Shown here piece by piece: positions 11,536-21,490 of a DNA stretch of 64,000 nt. Made by a program: the position numbers and the translations under genes. Location of the stretch: contig JAEUUL010000038.1 of the NCBI GenBank assembly GCA_016787485.1, positions 44,816 to 108,815 on the forward strand. The letters are read 5' to 3'. How positions within the stretch are numbered: the stretch's first letter is position 1; each line of letters starts with the position of its first letter. This DNA comes from Bacteroidota bacterium. Its GTDB lineage: Bacteria; Bacteroidota; Bacteroidia; NS11-12g; UBA955. The notes under the pieces are model-generated. The model made no database searches, was not told the origin of the DNA, and saw only the letters and a list, made by a program, of their open reading frames with translations.

Positions 11536-12975
11536 TTAATATGCGATACACACATTTTTGGGTTCCGTAAAAAAGCGCATAGCTTCCCATCCCCCTTCAC
11601 GCCCAACGCCGCTTTGTTTTGTTCCGCCGAAAGGCGTGCGCAAATCGCGCAACAGCCAGCAGTTCACCCATACAATTCCGGTTTGAAGTTTTCCAGCCAA
11701 ACGATGTGCACGACTCAGATTTCCGGTCCACAATGTGGTTGCGAGGCCATATGCGGTGCTGTTTGCCATGGTCAACACTGATTCTTCACTGTCAAAGGGT
11801 ATGAGTGTAATCACCGGGCCGAAAATCTCTTCCTGATTGGTGCGGCAGGCAGCATCCAGTCCCTCTATAATGGTGGGAGCTATAAACCATCCGTTTTCAA
11901 ATCCGGGTGGATGCAATGCCTCTCCTCCACAAAGTATGGTTCCACCCTCATCTTTTGCCAGTTGAATATAGGAAAGCACTTTCTCATAATGTTGCCTGCT
12001 TACGATAGCGCCTACCCTGCTTTCATCCAACTGAGGGTTGCCTGTTTTGAGTTTTTTCACCTCTTCAACAAGGGCATTTTTTACCTTTTCATACACCGGC
12101 CTTTCTATAAAGACTCTGCTGCCGCAAAGACAAATTTCACCCTGATTCTGAAAAGAACTGCGGACAGTGGTAGAAATGGCTTTTTCCAGATCTGCGTCTG
12201 CAAAAATGATGTTGGGATTCTTACCCCCCAGTTCGAGACTCATTTTCTTAAACATGGGAGCTGCCACCGAGGCAATATGCCTGCCAGTAGCTGTTCCACC
12301 CGTAAAAGAGATGGCTTTGATACCGGGATGGCTGATAATGGCCTGACCTGCACTGCCACCCAGACCGTGAACAATATTGAGCACTCCGGCAGGAAGTCCT
12401 GCATCATTGCATATCTGACCGAGAAGGGCTGCTGTGTAAGGAGTGAACTCGCTGGGCTTGGCCACAACACAATTCCCTGCGGCCAGCGCAGGCGCAATTT
12501 TCCAGGTAAACAGATACAATGGCAGATTCCATGGGCTGATACAACCCACAACTCCTATGGGCTGGCGCAAAGTATAGTTGATGGCCCGGTCTTCCATGCT
12601 ATGACTCTCGCTGGCAAACTGAAGTGCCGCTGTGGCAAAGAACCTGAAATTTTGTCCGGCCCGATTGATCTCCGTTCTGGCCAGCCATACCGGTTTTCCC
12701 TGATCCCTGCTTTCGGCCTGTGCCAGTTCCTCTCTTCTGGTATCGATGCCTTCTGCAATCCGGTTCAGAATTTTAAATTTTTCTTCCGCCGCCAAAGTAC
12801 TCCAACCCGGGAATGCCTGCTCTGCTGCAGAATACGCCCGTTCTACATCAGCAGGTGAACTATCCGGCACTTGTGAATACACCTCTCCGGTTGCCGGCTG
12901 GTAATTGTCGAGATACAATCCGGTCTCCGGAGGCGTGTAGGCGCCGTTTATAAAGTTTGAAAGTTTTTCCATCAT
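11536..12975 (-). CDS. Aldehyde dehydrogenase, 2-aminomuconic/2-hydroxymuconic semialdehyde dehydrogenase (ALDH8-like)
   Basis: ISPWNLPLYLFTWKIAPA, SLELGGKNP, NQGEICLCGSR, WVNCWLLRDLRTPFGG.K.SGVGREGG. Confidence 0.88.
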   Translation of the reverse strand: MMEKLSNFINGAYTPPETGLYLDNYQPATGEVYSQVPDSSPADVERAYSAAEQAFPGWSTLAAEEKFKILNRIAEGIDTRREELAQAESRDQGKPVWLARTEINRAGQNFRFFATAALQFASESHSMEDRAINYTLRQPIGVVGCISPWNLPLYLFTWKIAPALAAGNCVVAKPSEFTPYTAALLGQICNDAGLPAGVLNIVHGLGGSAGQAIISHPGIKAISFTGGTATGRHIASVAAPMFKKMSLELGGKNPNIIFADADLEKAISTTVRSSFQNQGEICLCGSRVFIERPVYEKVKNALVEEVKKLKTGNPQLDESRVGAIVSRQHYEKVLSYIQLAKDEGGTILCGGEALHPPGFENGWFIAPTIIEGLDAACRTNQEEIFGPVITLIPFDSEESVLTMANSTAYGLATTLWTGNLSRAHRLAGKLQTGIVWVNCWLLRDLRTPFGGTKQSGVGREGGWEAMRFFTEPKNVCIAY

Positions 12976-13535
12976 TTCTTCAAATGTGCTTCATCCTGAA
13001 TTTCTGCAAATATCTCCATTGTTTGCGGACTACCCCACAATGTATTCTCTGTCTGATGAATTCCATATCCTTTTCCCGGCTGATAACTGAAACGGACCGT
13101 GCGGTCTCTCACCCAGCTTCTGGAAACTGTTTCCAGAACCAGCAACTCTGTCTTCCCATCCCTGCGTGTGATTGCCACATCGCGCAATACCAGATTCGAG
13201 TCTCTGGCTGTGTAGCGGGTTATGGACAGTGAACCGGAGCTGTCCGTAGTCACAAGATACTCTGCTTCGCGGCCGGCACGGTTTAAATTCCATGTAAGAA
13301 AAACGGATAATTCTTTCTGCCAGTTTACTGTGTCTGATTCGAAAGATTGCACTACATCCCCAGTCTGGATGGTTTTCATCAGATGGGGTTTATCTTTTTG
13401 TAGCCGGGCAATTTCGCTACGGAAGAAACCGGGCAAATTAAAATATTCCAATTTGCCGGAAGGTGAAGTTGTTGTGGTGTTGCATGACAGCAGGCAACAG
13501 CAAACGAACAGGAAAGTAAAAACAGGTTTAACCAT
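12972..13535 (-). CDS. Hypothetical lipoprotein
   Basis: Lipobox LLSC; tightly coupled between gpmI and the ALDH gene. Confidence 0.75.
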   Translation of the reverse strand: MVKPVFTFLFVCCCLLSCNTTTTSPSGKLEYFNLPGFFRSEIARLQKDKPHLMKTIQTGDVVQSFESDTVNWQKELSVFLTWNLNRAGREAEYLVTTDSSGSLSITRYTARDSNLVLRDVAITRRDGKTELLVLETVSRSWVRDRTVRFSYQPGKGYGIHQTENTLWGSPQTMEIFAEIQDEAHLKK

Positions 13536-13540
13536 TCGCG

Positions 13541-15052
13541 TTAAAACAAAGGAGAACCCGTCATTTCAAAAGGTTGTTCAAGGCCCATCCATTTAAGCAC
13601 TGTAGGAGCAACATCAGCCAGAATACCACGGCGCAGGTTTCCAGTGAATCCATCTCCCACTACCCAGCACGGAACCGGATTGGTCGTATGTGCGGTGTTG
13701 GGGGTTCCGTCATCATTGATGGCAAAATCCGCATTGCCATGATCGGCAAGAATAAAAAATGTGTATCCCTGTTTCTGGCCAGCATCCACCAGTCTGTGCA
13801 AACAGGAGTCTACCGTTTCCACTGCCCTTACAATGGCATTGTATACCCCGGTATGTCCTACCATGTCAGGATTTGCAAAGTTCAGACAGACAAAATCAGG
13901 GTGTTCTGTATTGAGCAGGGCTATTGCTTTATCTGCAAGTTCTGTGGCACTCATTTCAGGTTGTAAATCATAGGTAGCTACTTTGGGAGAGTTGACCAGC
14001 AGTCGGTTTTCGCGCGGGAAGGGTTCTTCTCTGCCACCGTTGAAGAAAAAGGTAACATGCGGGTATTTTTCTGTTTCTGCAGCGCGTAACTGGGTTAAGC
14101 CGGCATTGGCCAAAACTTCACCCAGCGTCATATTCAGGTTTTGGTTGGCAAACAGGATTCCTTCGATTTCAAATCTGGCGTCGTATTCGGTCATGGTATA
14201 ATACTTCAGCTTCAGTTTATTCATCCCGTGTTCGGGAAAATCCTGCTGACTCAGTGCACTTGTAATTTGTCTGCCTCGGTCTGTGCGGTAATTGAAACAC
14301 AATACAGTGTCATTTTCACGTATCAGTCCTTCGTTTCCGGCCAGCGTGCGCAGAGGTGACATAAATTCATCGGTTATACCCGCGTCGTATTGATTTTGCA
14401 ATTCTGCAGAAATATCAGGCGTAAATGTTCCGGTTCCATTCACCATCAGTTGCCAGGCTTTGGCAACTCTCTCCCAGCGTTTATCTCGGTCCATGGCGAA
14501 GTAGCGGCCTATTACGGTGGACAATTTTGCACCAGACTCCTGTGTTCGGGCCAATACTGTATCCAAATACCCTTTTCCACTTTTGGGGTCAGTATCCCGC
14601 CCATCCATGAAGGCATGGATGTAAACTTTTTGCACGCCTGCTTCTCCTGCAAGTTTGCACAGCTGTATCAGATGATTCTGGTGAGAATGTACACCACCGT
14701 CACTCACCAGTCCCATAAGGTGCAGTGCGGTTCCTGTGCTGATACAATGCTGAAAAAGACCATTCAGGGCGGGGTTGGATTTCACCTCTCCATCGGCAAA
14801 CGCTTTGTTGATCCGCACCAGCATTTGCCACACGATACGGCCAGCTCCCAGATTCATATGCCCTACTTCGCTGTTGCCCATTTGTCCGTCAGGCAACCCT
14901 ACATTTTCACCATCGGTTCTTAACTCAGTATGCGGATATAGATCCCATAAACTGTCTGTAAAAGGCGTTTTTGCATTCCAAACTGCATCGCTTTTGCTTC
15001 TGTCGCCAATCCCCCATCCATCGAGAATTACCAAAGCAGTCTTTTTCACCAT
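13541..15052 (-). CDS. gpmI: 2,3-bisphosphoglycerate-independent phosphoglycerate mutase
   Basis: LVILDGWG, GQMGNSEVGH, SDGGVHSH, DGRD, AETEKYPHVTFFF, NPDMVGHTG, ADHGN. True start is MVKK at 15052; the ORF-track extension overlaps the divergent gdh gene. Confidence 0.97.
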   Translation of the reverse strand: MVKKTALVILDGWGIGDRSKSDAVWNAKTPFTDSLWDLYPHTELRTDGENVGLPDGQMGNSEVGHMNLGAGRIVWQMLVRINKAFADGEVKSNPALNGLFQHCISTGTALHLMGLVSDGGVHSHQNHLIQLCKLAGEAGVQKVYIHAFMDGRDTDPKSGKGYLDTVLARTQESGAKLSTVIGRYFAMDRDKRWERVAKAWQLMVNGTGTFTPDISAELQNQYDAGITDEFMSPLRTLAGNEGLIRENDTVLCFNYRTDRGRQITSALSQQDFPEHGMNKLKLKYYTMTEYDARFEIEGILFANQNLNMTLGEVLANAGLTQLRAAETEKYPHVTFFFNGGREEPFPRENRLLVNSPKVATYDLQPEMSATELADKAIALLNTEHPDFVCLNFANPDMVGHTGVYNAIVRAVETVDSCLHRLVDAGQKQGYTFFILADHGNADFAINDDGTPNTAHTTNPVPCWVVGDGFTGNLRRGILADVAPTVLKWMGLEQPFEMTGSPLF

Positions 15053-15155
15053 TGTGCAAAGGTACAATGACATAGCCCTGAAAGGCCTGATTTTTAAGCA
15101 GGAATTGCCAATGCAAATGAATTTATTGTAGGTTTGCGCCAACAAATACGGATTT

Positions 15156-16586
15156 ATGTCAATAGGAACCAGCAAATACACCTTTTTTGAAACTGTAGGC
15201 CACAATTTCGACAAGGCTTCCAAATTCACCACTTTCGACGCAGGCATACTGGAACAAATCAAGAGCTGCAACAGTGTATACCGCATGAAATTTCCGGTGC
15301 GCACCGGAGAAAAACTGGATAAGATAGAGGTGATTGAAGCTTATCGGGTTCAGCATAGTCACCACAAAGCACCGTGTAAAGGCGGTATCCGATTCAGTCC
15401 GGATGTAAATCAGGATGAAGTGATGGCGCTGGCAGCACTCATGACCTACAAATGTGCCATAGTGAATGTGCCCTTTGGGGGTGGAAAAGGCGGTATAAAA
15501 GTAGATACTCGCAAATACACTGAACTCGAACTTGAAAGAATCACCCGCAGATATGCCGCTGAACTGGTAAAAAAGAACTTTATAGGACCCGGCATAGACG
15601 TACCTGCCCCTGATTACGGAAGCGGTGAACGGGAAATGGGCTGGATTGCCGATACTTATCTTGCGATGAAAAGCGGAGACGTGGATGGTCTGGGTTGTGT
15701 GACCGGCAAACCCATTGCACAAGGTGGAGTCCGCGGCCGCAGAGAGGCAACCGGGCTGGGCGTTTTTTACGGAATCCGCGAACTATGCAGGCAAAAAAGT
15801 GTGATGGACAAGATGGGACTTTCCACCGGAGTAGAAGGTAAAACAGTAGTCGTTCAAGGCCTGGGAAATGTGGGATATCACAGTGCAAAATTTTTCCGTG
15901 AGGGTGGTGCCAAAGTGATAGCCATTGCAGAATACGAAGGTGCTATCACAAACCCTGATGGTTTGAATGAAGAGGAAGTGTTCGCCCACCGCAAAGCCAC
16001 AGGCAGCATTTTGAATTTCCCGGGTGCCACGAACCTGGCCCGCAGTTCAGATGCGCTGGAATTGGCATGTGACATATTGGTACCAGCCGCTTTGGAGAAT
16101 GTAATAACAGAAGAAAATGCCTCGCGCATTCAGGCAAAAATTATCGCAGAAGCGGCCAATGGTCCTGTTACTGTAGAAGCCGATGATATATTGAACAAGA
16201 AGAACATTGTTATTGTTCCTGATATTTATTTGAATGCAGGTGGAGTGACTGTTTCCTATTTTGAATGGTTGAAAAATCTGAGCCATGTTCGCTATGGCCG
16301 CATGGAAAAACGATTTACGGAGAACATGAATACCCAAATCGTAAAACAGATCGAGGAATTGTCCGGAAAAACCATGTCTGAAACCGAGAAAAGCACCATT
16401 CTTCATGGTCCTGATGAGGTAGATTTGATTTACAGTGGTCTGGAAGAGACCATGATTTCTTCACTGCACGATTTATTGAACACCATGGAAGAACATCCTG
16501 AAATTGACAGCATGCGCACAGCTGCATTTGTGCTCGCCATCAAGAAAGTGGGTGTATCTTACAAGGAGTTGGGCATATTCCCCTGA
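15156..16586 (+). CDS. gdhA: Glutamate dehydrogenase (animal-like Glu/Leu/Phe/Val DH)
   Basis: KGGIRF, MTYKCA, PFGGGKGG, GPGIDVPAPD, VTGKP, GLGNVG, EAANGP, NAGGVTVSYFEW. Confidence 0.95.
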   Translation: MSIGTSKYTFFETVGHNFDKASKFTTFDAGILEQIKSCNSVYRMKFPVRTGEKLDKIEVIEAYRVQHSHHKAPCKGGIRFSPDVNQDEVMALAALMTYKCAIVNVPFGGGKGGIKVDTRKYTELELERITRRYAAELVKKNFIGPGIDVPAPDYGSGEREMGWIADTYLAMKSGDVDGLGCVTGKPIAQGGVRGRREATGLGVFYGIRELCRQKSVMDKMGLSTGVEGKTVVVQGLGNVGYHSAKFFREGGAKVIAIAEYEGAITNPDGLNEEEVFAHRKATGSILNFPGATNLARSSDALELACDILVPAALENVITEENASRIQAKIIAEAANGPVTVEADDILNKKNIVIVPDIYLNAGGVTVSYFEWLKNLSHVRYGRMEKRFTENMNTQIVKQIEELSGKTMSETEKSTILHGPDEVDLIYSGLEETMISSLHDLLNTMEEHPEIDSMRTAAFVLAIKKVGVSYKELGIFP

Positions 16587-16618
16587 TTTCTGCACGGTTT
16601 TTGTTTATTGGGTTGGAT

Positions 16619-17020
16619 ATGCGCACGTGGATAGTGATAGGTTTGATGCTGTTTGGAAGGCTGGCTCATGCCCAGCAGTCTGGAAATGTTGAAATCATTG
16701 CTGATCCGGCTATAGACAAAATGGAAAAAGACCGGATTTCCAGGCGCAGCACCCAGGGTTCCATGGTTCCGGGTTACCGCATTATGATTGGTTTTTATTC
16801 CAGCCGCACCGAAGCCAACGCAAAACTGGCAGAAGCCCAAAGATTATTTGGCAGCAAATACGGTGCAGTATTGCAATATGATGAGCCCAATTTCAAAGTT
16901 TATGTGGGTGAATTCCGGAGTGCAACTTCGGCCGATGCAGCCATTGCTGAGGTTAAAAGCCGTTTTCCCGGTGCCCGCAGGGTGCGCGACCTGATAAAAT
17001 CCAGACGGAAAGAAGGATAA
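16619..17020 (+). CDS. SPOR-domain protein
   Basis: Signal peptide; GYRIMI...YDEPNFKVYVGEF SPOR pattern. Confidence 0.8.
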   Translation: MRTWIVIGLMLFGRLAHAQQSGNVEIIADPAIDKMEKDRISRRSTQGSMVPGYRIMIGFYSSRTEANAKLAEAQRLFGSKYGAVLQYDEPNFKVYVGEFRSATSADAAIAEVKSRFPGARRVRDLIKSRRKEG

Positions 17021-17095
17021 AATCCCCCCGGTGGGTTTCTGAATCCCGGCCTTGGCATTTACCTTTGCTCCTTATCATTTTATGCTTCAGGCCAC

Positions 17096-17614
17096 ATGAT
17101 GAAACCAGATGCCAAAATTGCTCAGGTGAAAGAGGAAGTGAGAGAATTGTTTACTGCTTATCTCGAAAAAAACAAGCAACGCAAAACCCCTGAACGGTAT
17201 GCTATCCTGGATGAGATTTACTCCCATAAGGAACATTTCGACGTGGACCAGTTGTATGTAAAAATGAAAAACCGAAATTACCATGTAAGCCGGGCAACTG
17301 TATACAACACGCTTGACTTGCTGGTTGACAGTGGCTTGGTTATCAAGCATCAGTTCGGGCAAAACACCAGCCATTTCGAACAGGCATTCGGTTTTAAACA
17401 GCACGACCATCTGATCTGTGAGAAATGCCGAAGGGTTCTGGAATTCTGTGACCCCAGAGTTCAACAAATCACAAGCACCATGGGAAACCTTCTCAAATTT
17501 TCGGTGACCCACCACGCACTTCACCTGTATGGTCAGCCTGAAACCGATGAAACAAACCACTGTAAACAATGTGGATTGGATGTAACAGAATTTAACAACG
17601 CTACCAATGGTTGA
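17096..17614 (+). CDS. fur: Fur-family transcriptional regulator
   Basis: RKTPERYAIL, HF, VSRATVYNTL, HDHLICEKC; adjacent to purA. Confidence 0.9.
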   Translation: MMKPDAKIAQVKEEVRELFTAYLEKNKQRKTPERYAILDEIYSHKEHFDVDQLYVKMKNRNYHVSRATVYNTLDLLVDSGLVIKHQFGQNTSHFEQAFGFKQHDHLICEKCRRVLEFCDPRVQQITSTMGNLLKFSVTHHALHLYGQPETDETNHCKQCGLDVTEFNNATNG

Positions 17615-18872
17615 TGTAATACTTGGACTTCAGTGGGGCGATGAGGGTAAGGGCAAAATTGCTGATTACCTGACCCCGCGATACGATATAGTGGCAAGGT
17701 TTCAGGGTGGGCCAAATGCCGGCCACTCTCTGGATTTTGAAGGCAAGAAATTCGTATTGAACACGGTTCCATCCGGAATCTTCCACAAAGGCACACTCAA
17801 CATCATTGGCAATGGAGTGGTGATAGATCCGGTGAGGTTGCAGGAAGAACTTGGAAGAATTGAACATGAGTGTCCGGATTACCGGGACCGGTTGCTGGTA
17901 TCACGCAAAGCCCATTTGATCCTGCCCACCCACCGTATTTTGGACGCAGCCTCAGAAGCTTCCAAAGGTGAGCATAAAATTGGCAGCACCCTGCGCGGCA
18001 TTGGCCCTACTTACCGGGACAAAACCGGGCGTTCAGGTATCCGGGTGGGTGACAGCACCGAGCCCGGATTTATGGAATTGTATCAGAAAACCGTGCAGGA
18101 GCATCTGAGACAGATACAAGCATACGGATACACTGCATTTGACCTTGCCGCTGAAGAGGAAAAATTCTTTGCATCTATGGATTTTATTCGCCAGTTGCAA
18201 TTGGTGAATAGCGAATATGTGATCAACGAAGCCATTCATGCTGGGAAGAAAATTCTGGCAGAAGGGGCTCAGGGAAGCATGCTGGATGTGGAGTTCGGTT
18301 CTTATCCGTTTGTTACATCCAGTGTTACTCTTGCCGGTGGTGTTTGCAACGGACTGGGTGTGGCACCCAAACATATAGGTAAGATATATGGAATCTTTAA
18401 AGCATACTGCACCCGTGTAGGCTCAGGGCCATTCCCCACCGAATTGAATGACGACATGGGGGAGTTGCTTAGAAAAAAGGGTCATGAATTTGGTGCTACC
18501 ACCGGAAGACCCCGCAGAACGGGTTGGCTGGATATGGTTGCACTGCAATACACCTGTATGCTGAATGGGGTGGATGAACTCATTATGATGAAAAGTGATG
18601 TGCTGTGTGGAATCGATCAGCTGAAAGTAGCCACCGCGTACAACACCCCTGGCGGTACTACCCGGGAAGTACCCGCCAACCTGTGCAGTGCAGAACTTAA
18701 ACCCATCTATCAGGATTTCCGGGGCTGGCCAAACGAGTTGCCACACGACAAAGGGTATGATGCACTGGATTCCAATTTCCTGACCTATGTTGAATTCATA
18801 GAACAGACCCTGAAAACTCCCGTTCGTGTTATATCTCTGGGTCCTGAAAGGCACAAAACGATAATGCGCTGA
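17607..18872 (+). CDS. purA: Adenylosuccinate synthetase
   Basis: GLQWGDEGKGK, QGGPNAGH, EGAQG, YPFVTSS, GATTGRPRR. Confidence 0.98.
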   Translation: MVDVILGLQWGDEGKGKIADYLTPRYDIVARFQGGPNAGHSLDFEGKKFVLNTVPSGIFHKGTLNIIGNGVVIDPVRLQEELGRIEHECPDYRDRLLVSRKAHLILPTHRILDAASEASKGEHKIGSTLRGIGPTYRDKTGRSGIRVGDSTEPGFMELYQKTVQEHLRQIQAYGYTAFDLAAEEEKFFASMDFIRQLQLVNSEYVINEAIHAGKKILAEGAQGSMLDVEFGSYPFVTSSVTLAGGVCNGLGVAPKHIGKIYGIFKAYCTRVGSGPFPTELNDDMGELLRKKGHEFGATTGRPRRTGWLDMVALQYTCMLNGVDELIMMKSDVLCGIDQLKVATAYNTPGGTTREVPANLCSAELKPIYQDFRGWPNELPHDKGYDALDSNFLTYVEFIEQTLKTPVRVISLGPERHKTIMR

Positions 18873-18874
18873 TT

Positions 18875-19486
18875 GTGAAAATCATCTGTGTGGGTCGGAA
18901 TTACTCCGATCATGTGAAAGAACTGAACAATGCCATTCCGGAAGAGCCGGTCATTTTTATCAAACCAGATTCTGCGGTATTGCGAAACAATTCCCCCTTT
19001 TTTATTCCAGAATTCAGCAATGACGTGCATCACGAAGTGGAACTGGTGGTAAAAATCTGTAAAGCCGGAAAATCTATACCAGAAGCATTTGCGAATGATT
19101 ACTACCAGGAAATAGGGTTGGGAATCGATTTTACAGCGCGTGATTTGCAGACAAACCTAAAACAAAAAGGCTTGCCCTGGGAAAAGGCCAAAGGCTTTGA
19201 CCATTCTGCAGTAATTGGCGCATTTTACCCTAAATCGGACTTGCCGCAGTCAGTCCTTCACTTTGAATTGTACAAAAACGGCGTTGCAGTTCAATCCGGT
19301 AAAAGTTCTGACATGATGAACTCAATCCCGCAAATCATCGCCCATGTCTCTAAGTTTTTTACCCTGAAAATCGGTGATTTGATTTTTACCGGAACCCCAT
19401 CCGGGGTGGGTCCGGTAAAGGAAGGAGATATACTGGAAGGCAAAATAGAAGGTAAAACTTCCTTTAAGTTTTCTGTGAAACAGTGA
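18875..19486 (+). CDS. Fumarylacetoacetate hydrolase family protein
   Basis: KIICVGRNY..H..EL, HHEVEL, DFTARDLQ, WEKAKGFD, GDLIFTGTP.GVG. Confidence 0.93.
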   Translation: MKIICVGRNYSDHVKELNNAIPEEPVIFIKPDSAVLRNNSPFFIPEFSNDVHHEVELVVKICKAGKSIPEAFANDYYQEIGLGIDFTARDLQTNLKQKGLPWEKAKGFDHSAVIGAFYPKSDLPQSVLHFELYKNGVAVQSGKSSDMMNSIPQIIAHVSKFFTLKIGDLIFTGTPSGVGPVKEGDILEGKIEGKTSFKFSVKQ

Positions 19487-19657
19487 TTCCCTGTTTGTTT
19501 GCGAGTATATTTCAAAGGTCTTCCCCCGGAAAAATCAGTAGCATACTTTTTTACAAGTCCTGTTTGAGACCAAACCAAACAACGGATTTTATCTGATAAC
19601 TCCATTTTTTACAATCCAAACCTATGGATTCAGGCTAAAAACAGGTTACTTTGTTGC

Positions 19658-21484
19658 ATGTCAGTGCGGGTGATTGTTTTGGGTATTTTGAGCTTGTTGT
19701 TCCGGCATGTTTTGGCAGCAACTCCATTGCCACCCAACATTTACCATCTGGCACCCCCTCATTGGTTCACAGGGATTACGTCCCAGAAACTCGAGATTAT
19801 CATTCATGCAGAAAACATAGACCTGTATGAGGTTTCACTTGCAGATTATCAAGGGGTTTTGCTACTGGATAAAACCAACAGCGGCAATCGGCACATTGCC
19901 TATCTGCACCTGGAAATAGAACCCAATGTGCAGGCAGGATTGCTTGAGTTCACTGCCAAACCGGCATCCAGGCGAACCCGATATGTAAAGGCTTTCCGGT
20001 TTTCGTATGAGTTAAAAAACCCAACCCGGTACGAAACAAAACCATTGAACCCGGGAGATATTTTTTATGCCGTTGAAACTGACCGTTTTTGCAATGGAAA
20101 CACACTCAATGACAAATTGAACCGTGCGGGTAAAAAAGTGGATAAGGCCAACCCGAATGCCTACCACGGCGGCGATGTGGCAGGCATCCTGTCAAAAATT
20201 CCCTATTTGCAAAAACTGGGCATTACTGCTCTCTGCGTTTCTCCGGTGATTCAGATATCTGACCCACAACCGTCCTACCCTTCCCATATTTCTGACCATT
20301 ATAATATTGATCCCGTTTTTGGTGAGAATTCAACCCTCAGAGATTTGGGTGCTGCATGCGAAACGGCAGGAATGAAACTGGTATTGGACATTTATCTTAA
20401 CCATATCGGCAACCGGCATTGGCTATACCAGAATTTTGACACAGGATGGTTCCATCCCTGGGATTCAGTTATTCAGGCTCAGTCGCGGCAACTGAAAAGT
20501 TACCGCCATCCCCAAAAACAGAATTATTCCGAACAGGAATTAATCCAAAAGTCCTGGATATCTGAAACACTGCCCGATGTCAACCACAGCAATTCGCATA
20601 TGGACGCGTATTACAGACAAATGCTGCTTTGGTGGTCACTGGAAACGGGCATTTCCGGTTTCCGCATGAAGGATGCTGTGCGGGTAGACAGTCTTTGGAT
20701 GGAAAGGGCAAGTCAATATTTGAAAAAGGAAAACAAGAATCTGACTTTGATTCAATTTCCTGAAAACCCCTGGACAGCGGATGAAATTTATCTGAACAAA
20801 AACACCTGTGCGGATTGCCTGCCTTCCATCACGGCCAATCTAGCATTTACTCACAGTCTGGTTCAGGATTTACTCACTGGTTTTCAAGGGGCGCAGCTTT
20901 TTCAACTTATTTCTCTGGATTTTCTCTATCCCAGACCCCAATGGTTACTGTTGTCTGCAGATAAATCTGACACGCAGCGGATTGCAAGTAGCTTTAAGGA
21001 GGATTTCAATGGTTGGAAAGCAGCCATGGCCTTGCTTTTTACCCAGCGTGGAATTCCCTGGATAAATTATGGTACAGAAATATTATTGACAGACACAAAA
21101 CAGGATTTCCCCGGAGGCTGGGAATCTGACAGGTCGGACAAATTCTCTGAAACCGGCCGGAGTGTTGCAGAAAATGAGGCAGTAAACTGGCTGTCTGCCC
21201 TGATTCAGTTGCATAATAATTACCCGGTCATCCGCGAGGGGCAAACGACCCAGTTTTTACCCCTGAATGGTGTATACGTCAATTTTCGCCATATGCAGGA
21301 ACAAACTCTGATGGTGATTGTGAACAGAAATCCAAATATCACAAAACTGGACCTGGCCAGGTTTTATGGCCTCACAGGTGGATATACCCTGGCCCATGAT
21401 ATTCTTTCCGGAACAGATTATTCCATCTCAGGTAGTTGGGACATAAAACCGTTCCAAATCATGGTTCTTGAATTGCTGCCCTGA
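19658..21484 (+). CDS. GH13 cyclomaltodextrinase/neopullulanase (SusA-like) homolog, catalytic motifs degenerate
   Basis: Signal peptide, PPHWFTG N-domain, DRFCNG, YHGGD..GI, D..LNH, TQRGIPWINYGTE, DFPGGW. Regions II-IV are altered. Confidence 0.8.
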   Translation: MSVRVIVLGILSLLFRHVLAATPLPPNIYHLAPPHWFTGITSQKLEIIIHAENIDLYEVSLADYQGVLLLDKTNSGNRHIAYLHLEIEPNVQAGLLEFTAKPASRRTRYVKAFRFSYELKNPTRYETKPLNPGDIFYAVETDRFCNGNTLNDKLNRAGKKVDKANPNAYHGGDVAGILSKIPYLQKLGITALCVSPVIQISDPQPSYPSHISDHYNIDPVFGENSTLRDLGAACETAGMKLVLDIYLNHIGNRHWLYQNFDTGWFHPWDSVIQAQSRQLKSYRHPQKQNYSEQELIQKSWISETLPDVNHSNSHMDAYYRQMLLWWSLETGISGFRMKDAVRVDSLWMERASQYLKKENKNLTLIQFPENPWTADEIYLNKNTCADCLPSITANLAFTHSLVQDLLTGFQGAQLFQLISLDFLYPRPQWLLLSADKSDTQRIASSFKEDFNGWKAAMALLFTQRGIPWINYGTEILLTDTKQDFPGGWESDRSDKFSETGRSVAENEAVNWLSALIQLHNNYPVIREGQTTQFLPLNGVYVNFRHMQEQTLMVIVNRNPNITKLDLARFYGLTGGYTLAHDILSGTDYSISGSWDIKPFQIMVLELLP

Positions 21485-21490
21485 GGGGTA

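Noticed and set aside
15053-15304. 84-aa N-terminal extension of GpmI in the ORF track
   Set aside because: Overlaps the divergent gdh gene; homology and a -7 promoter support the start at 15052.
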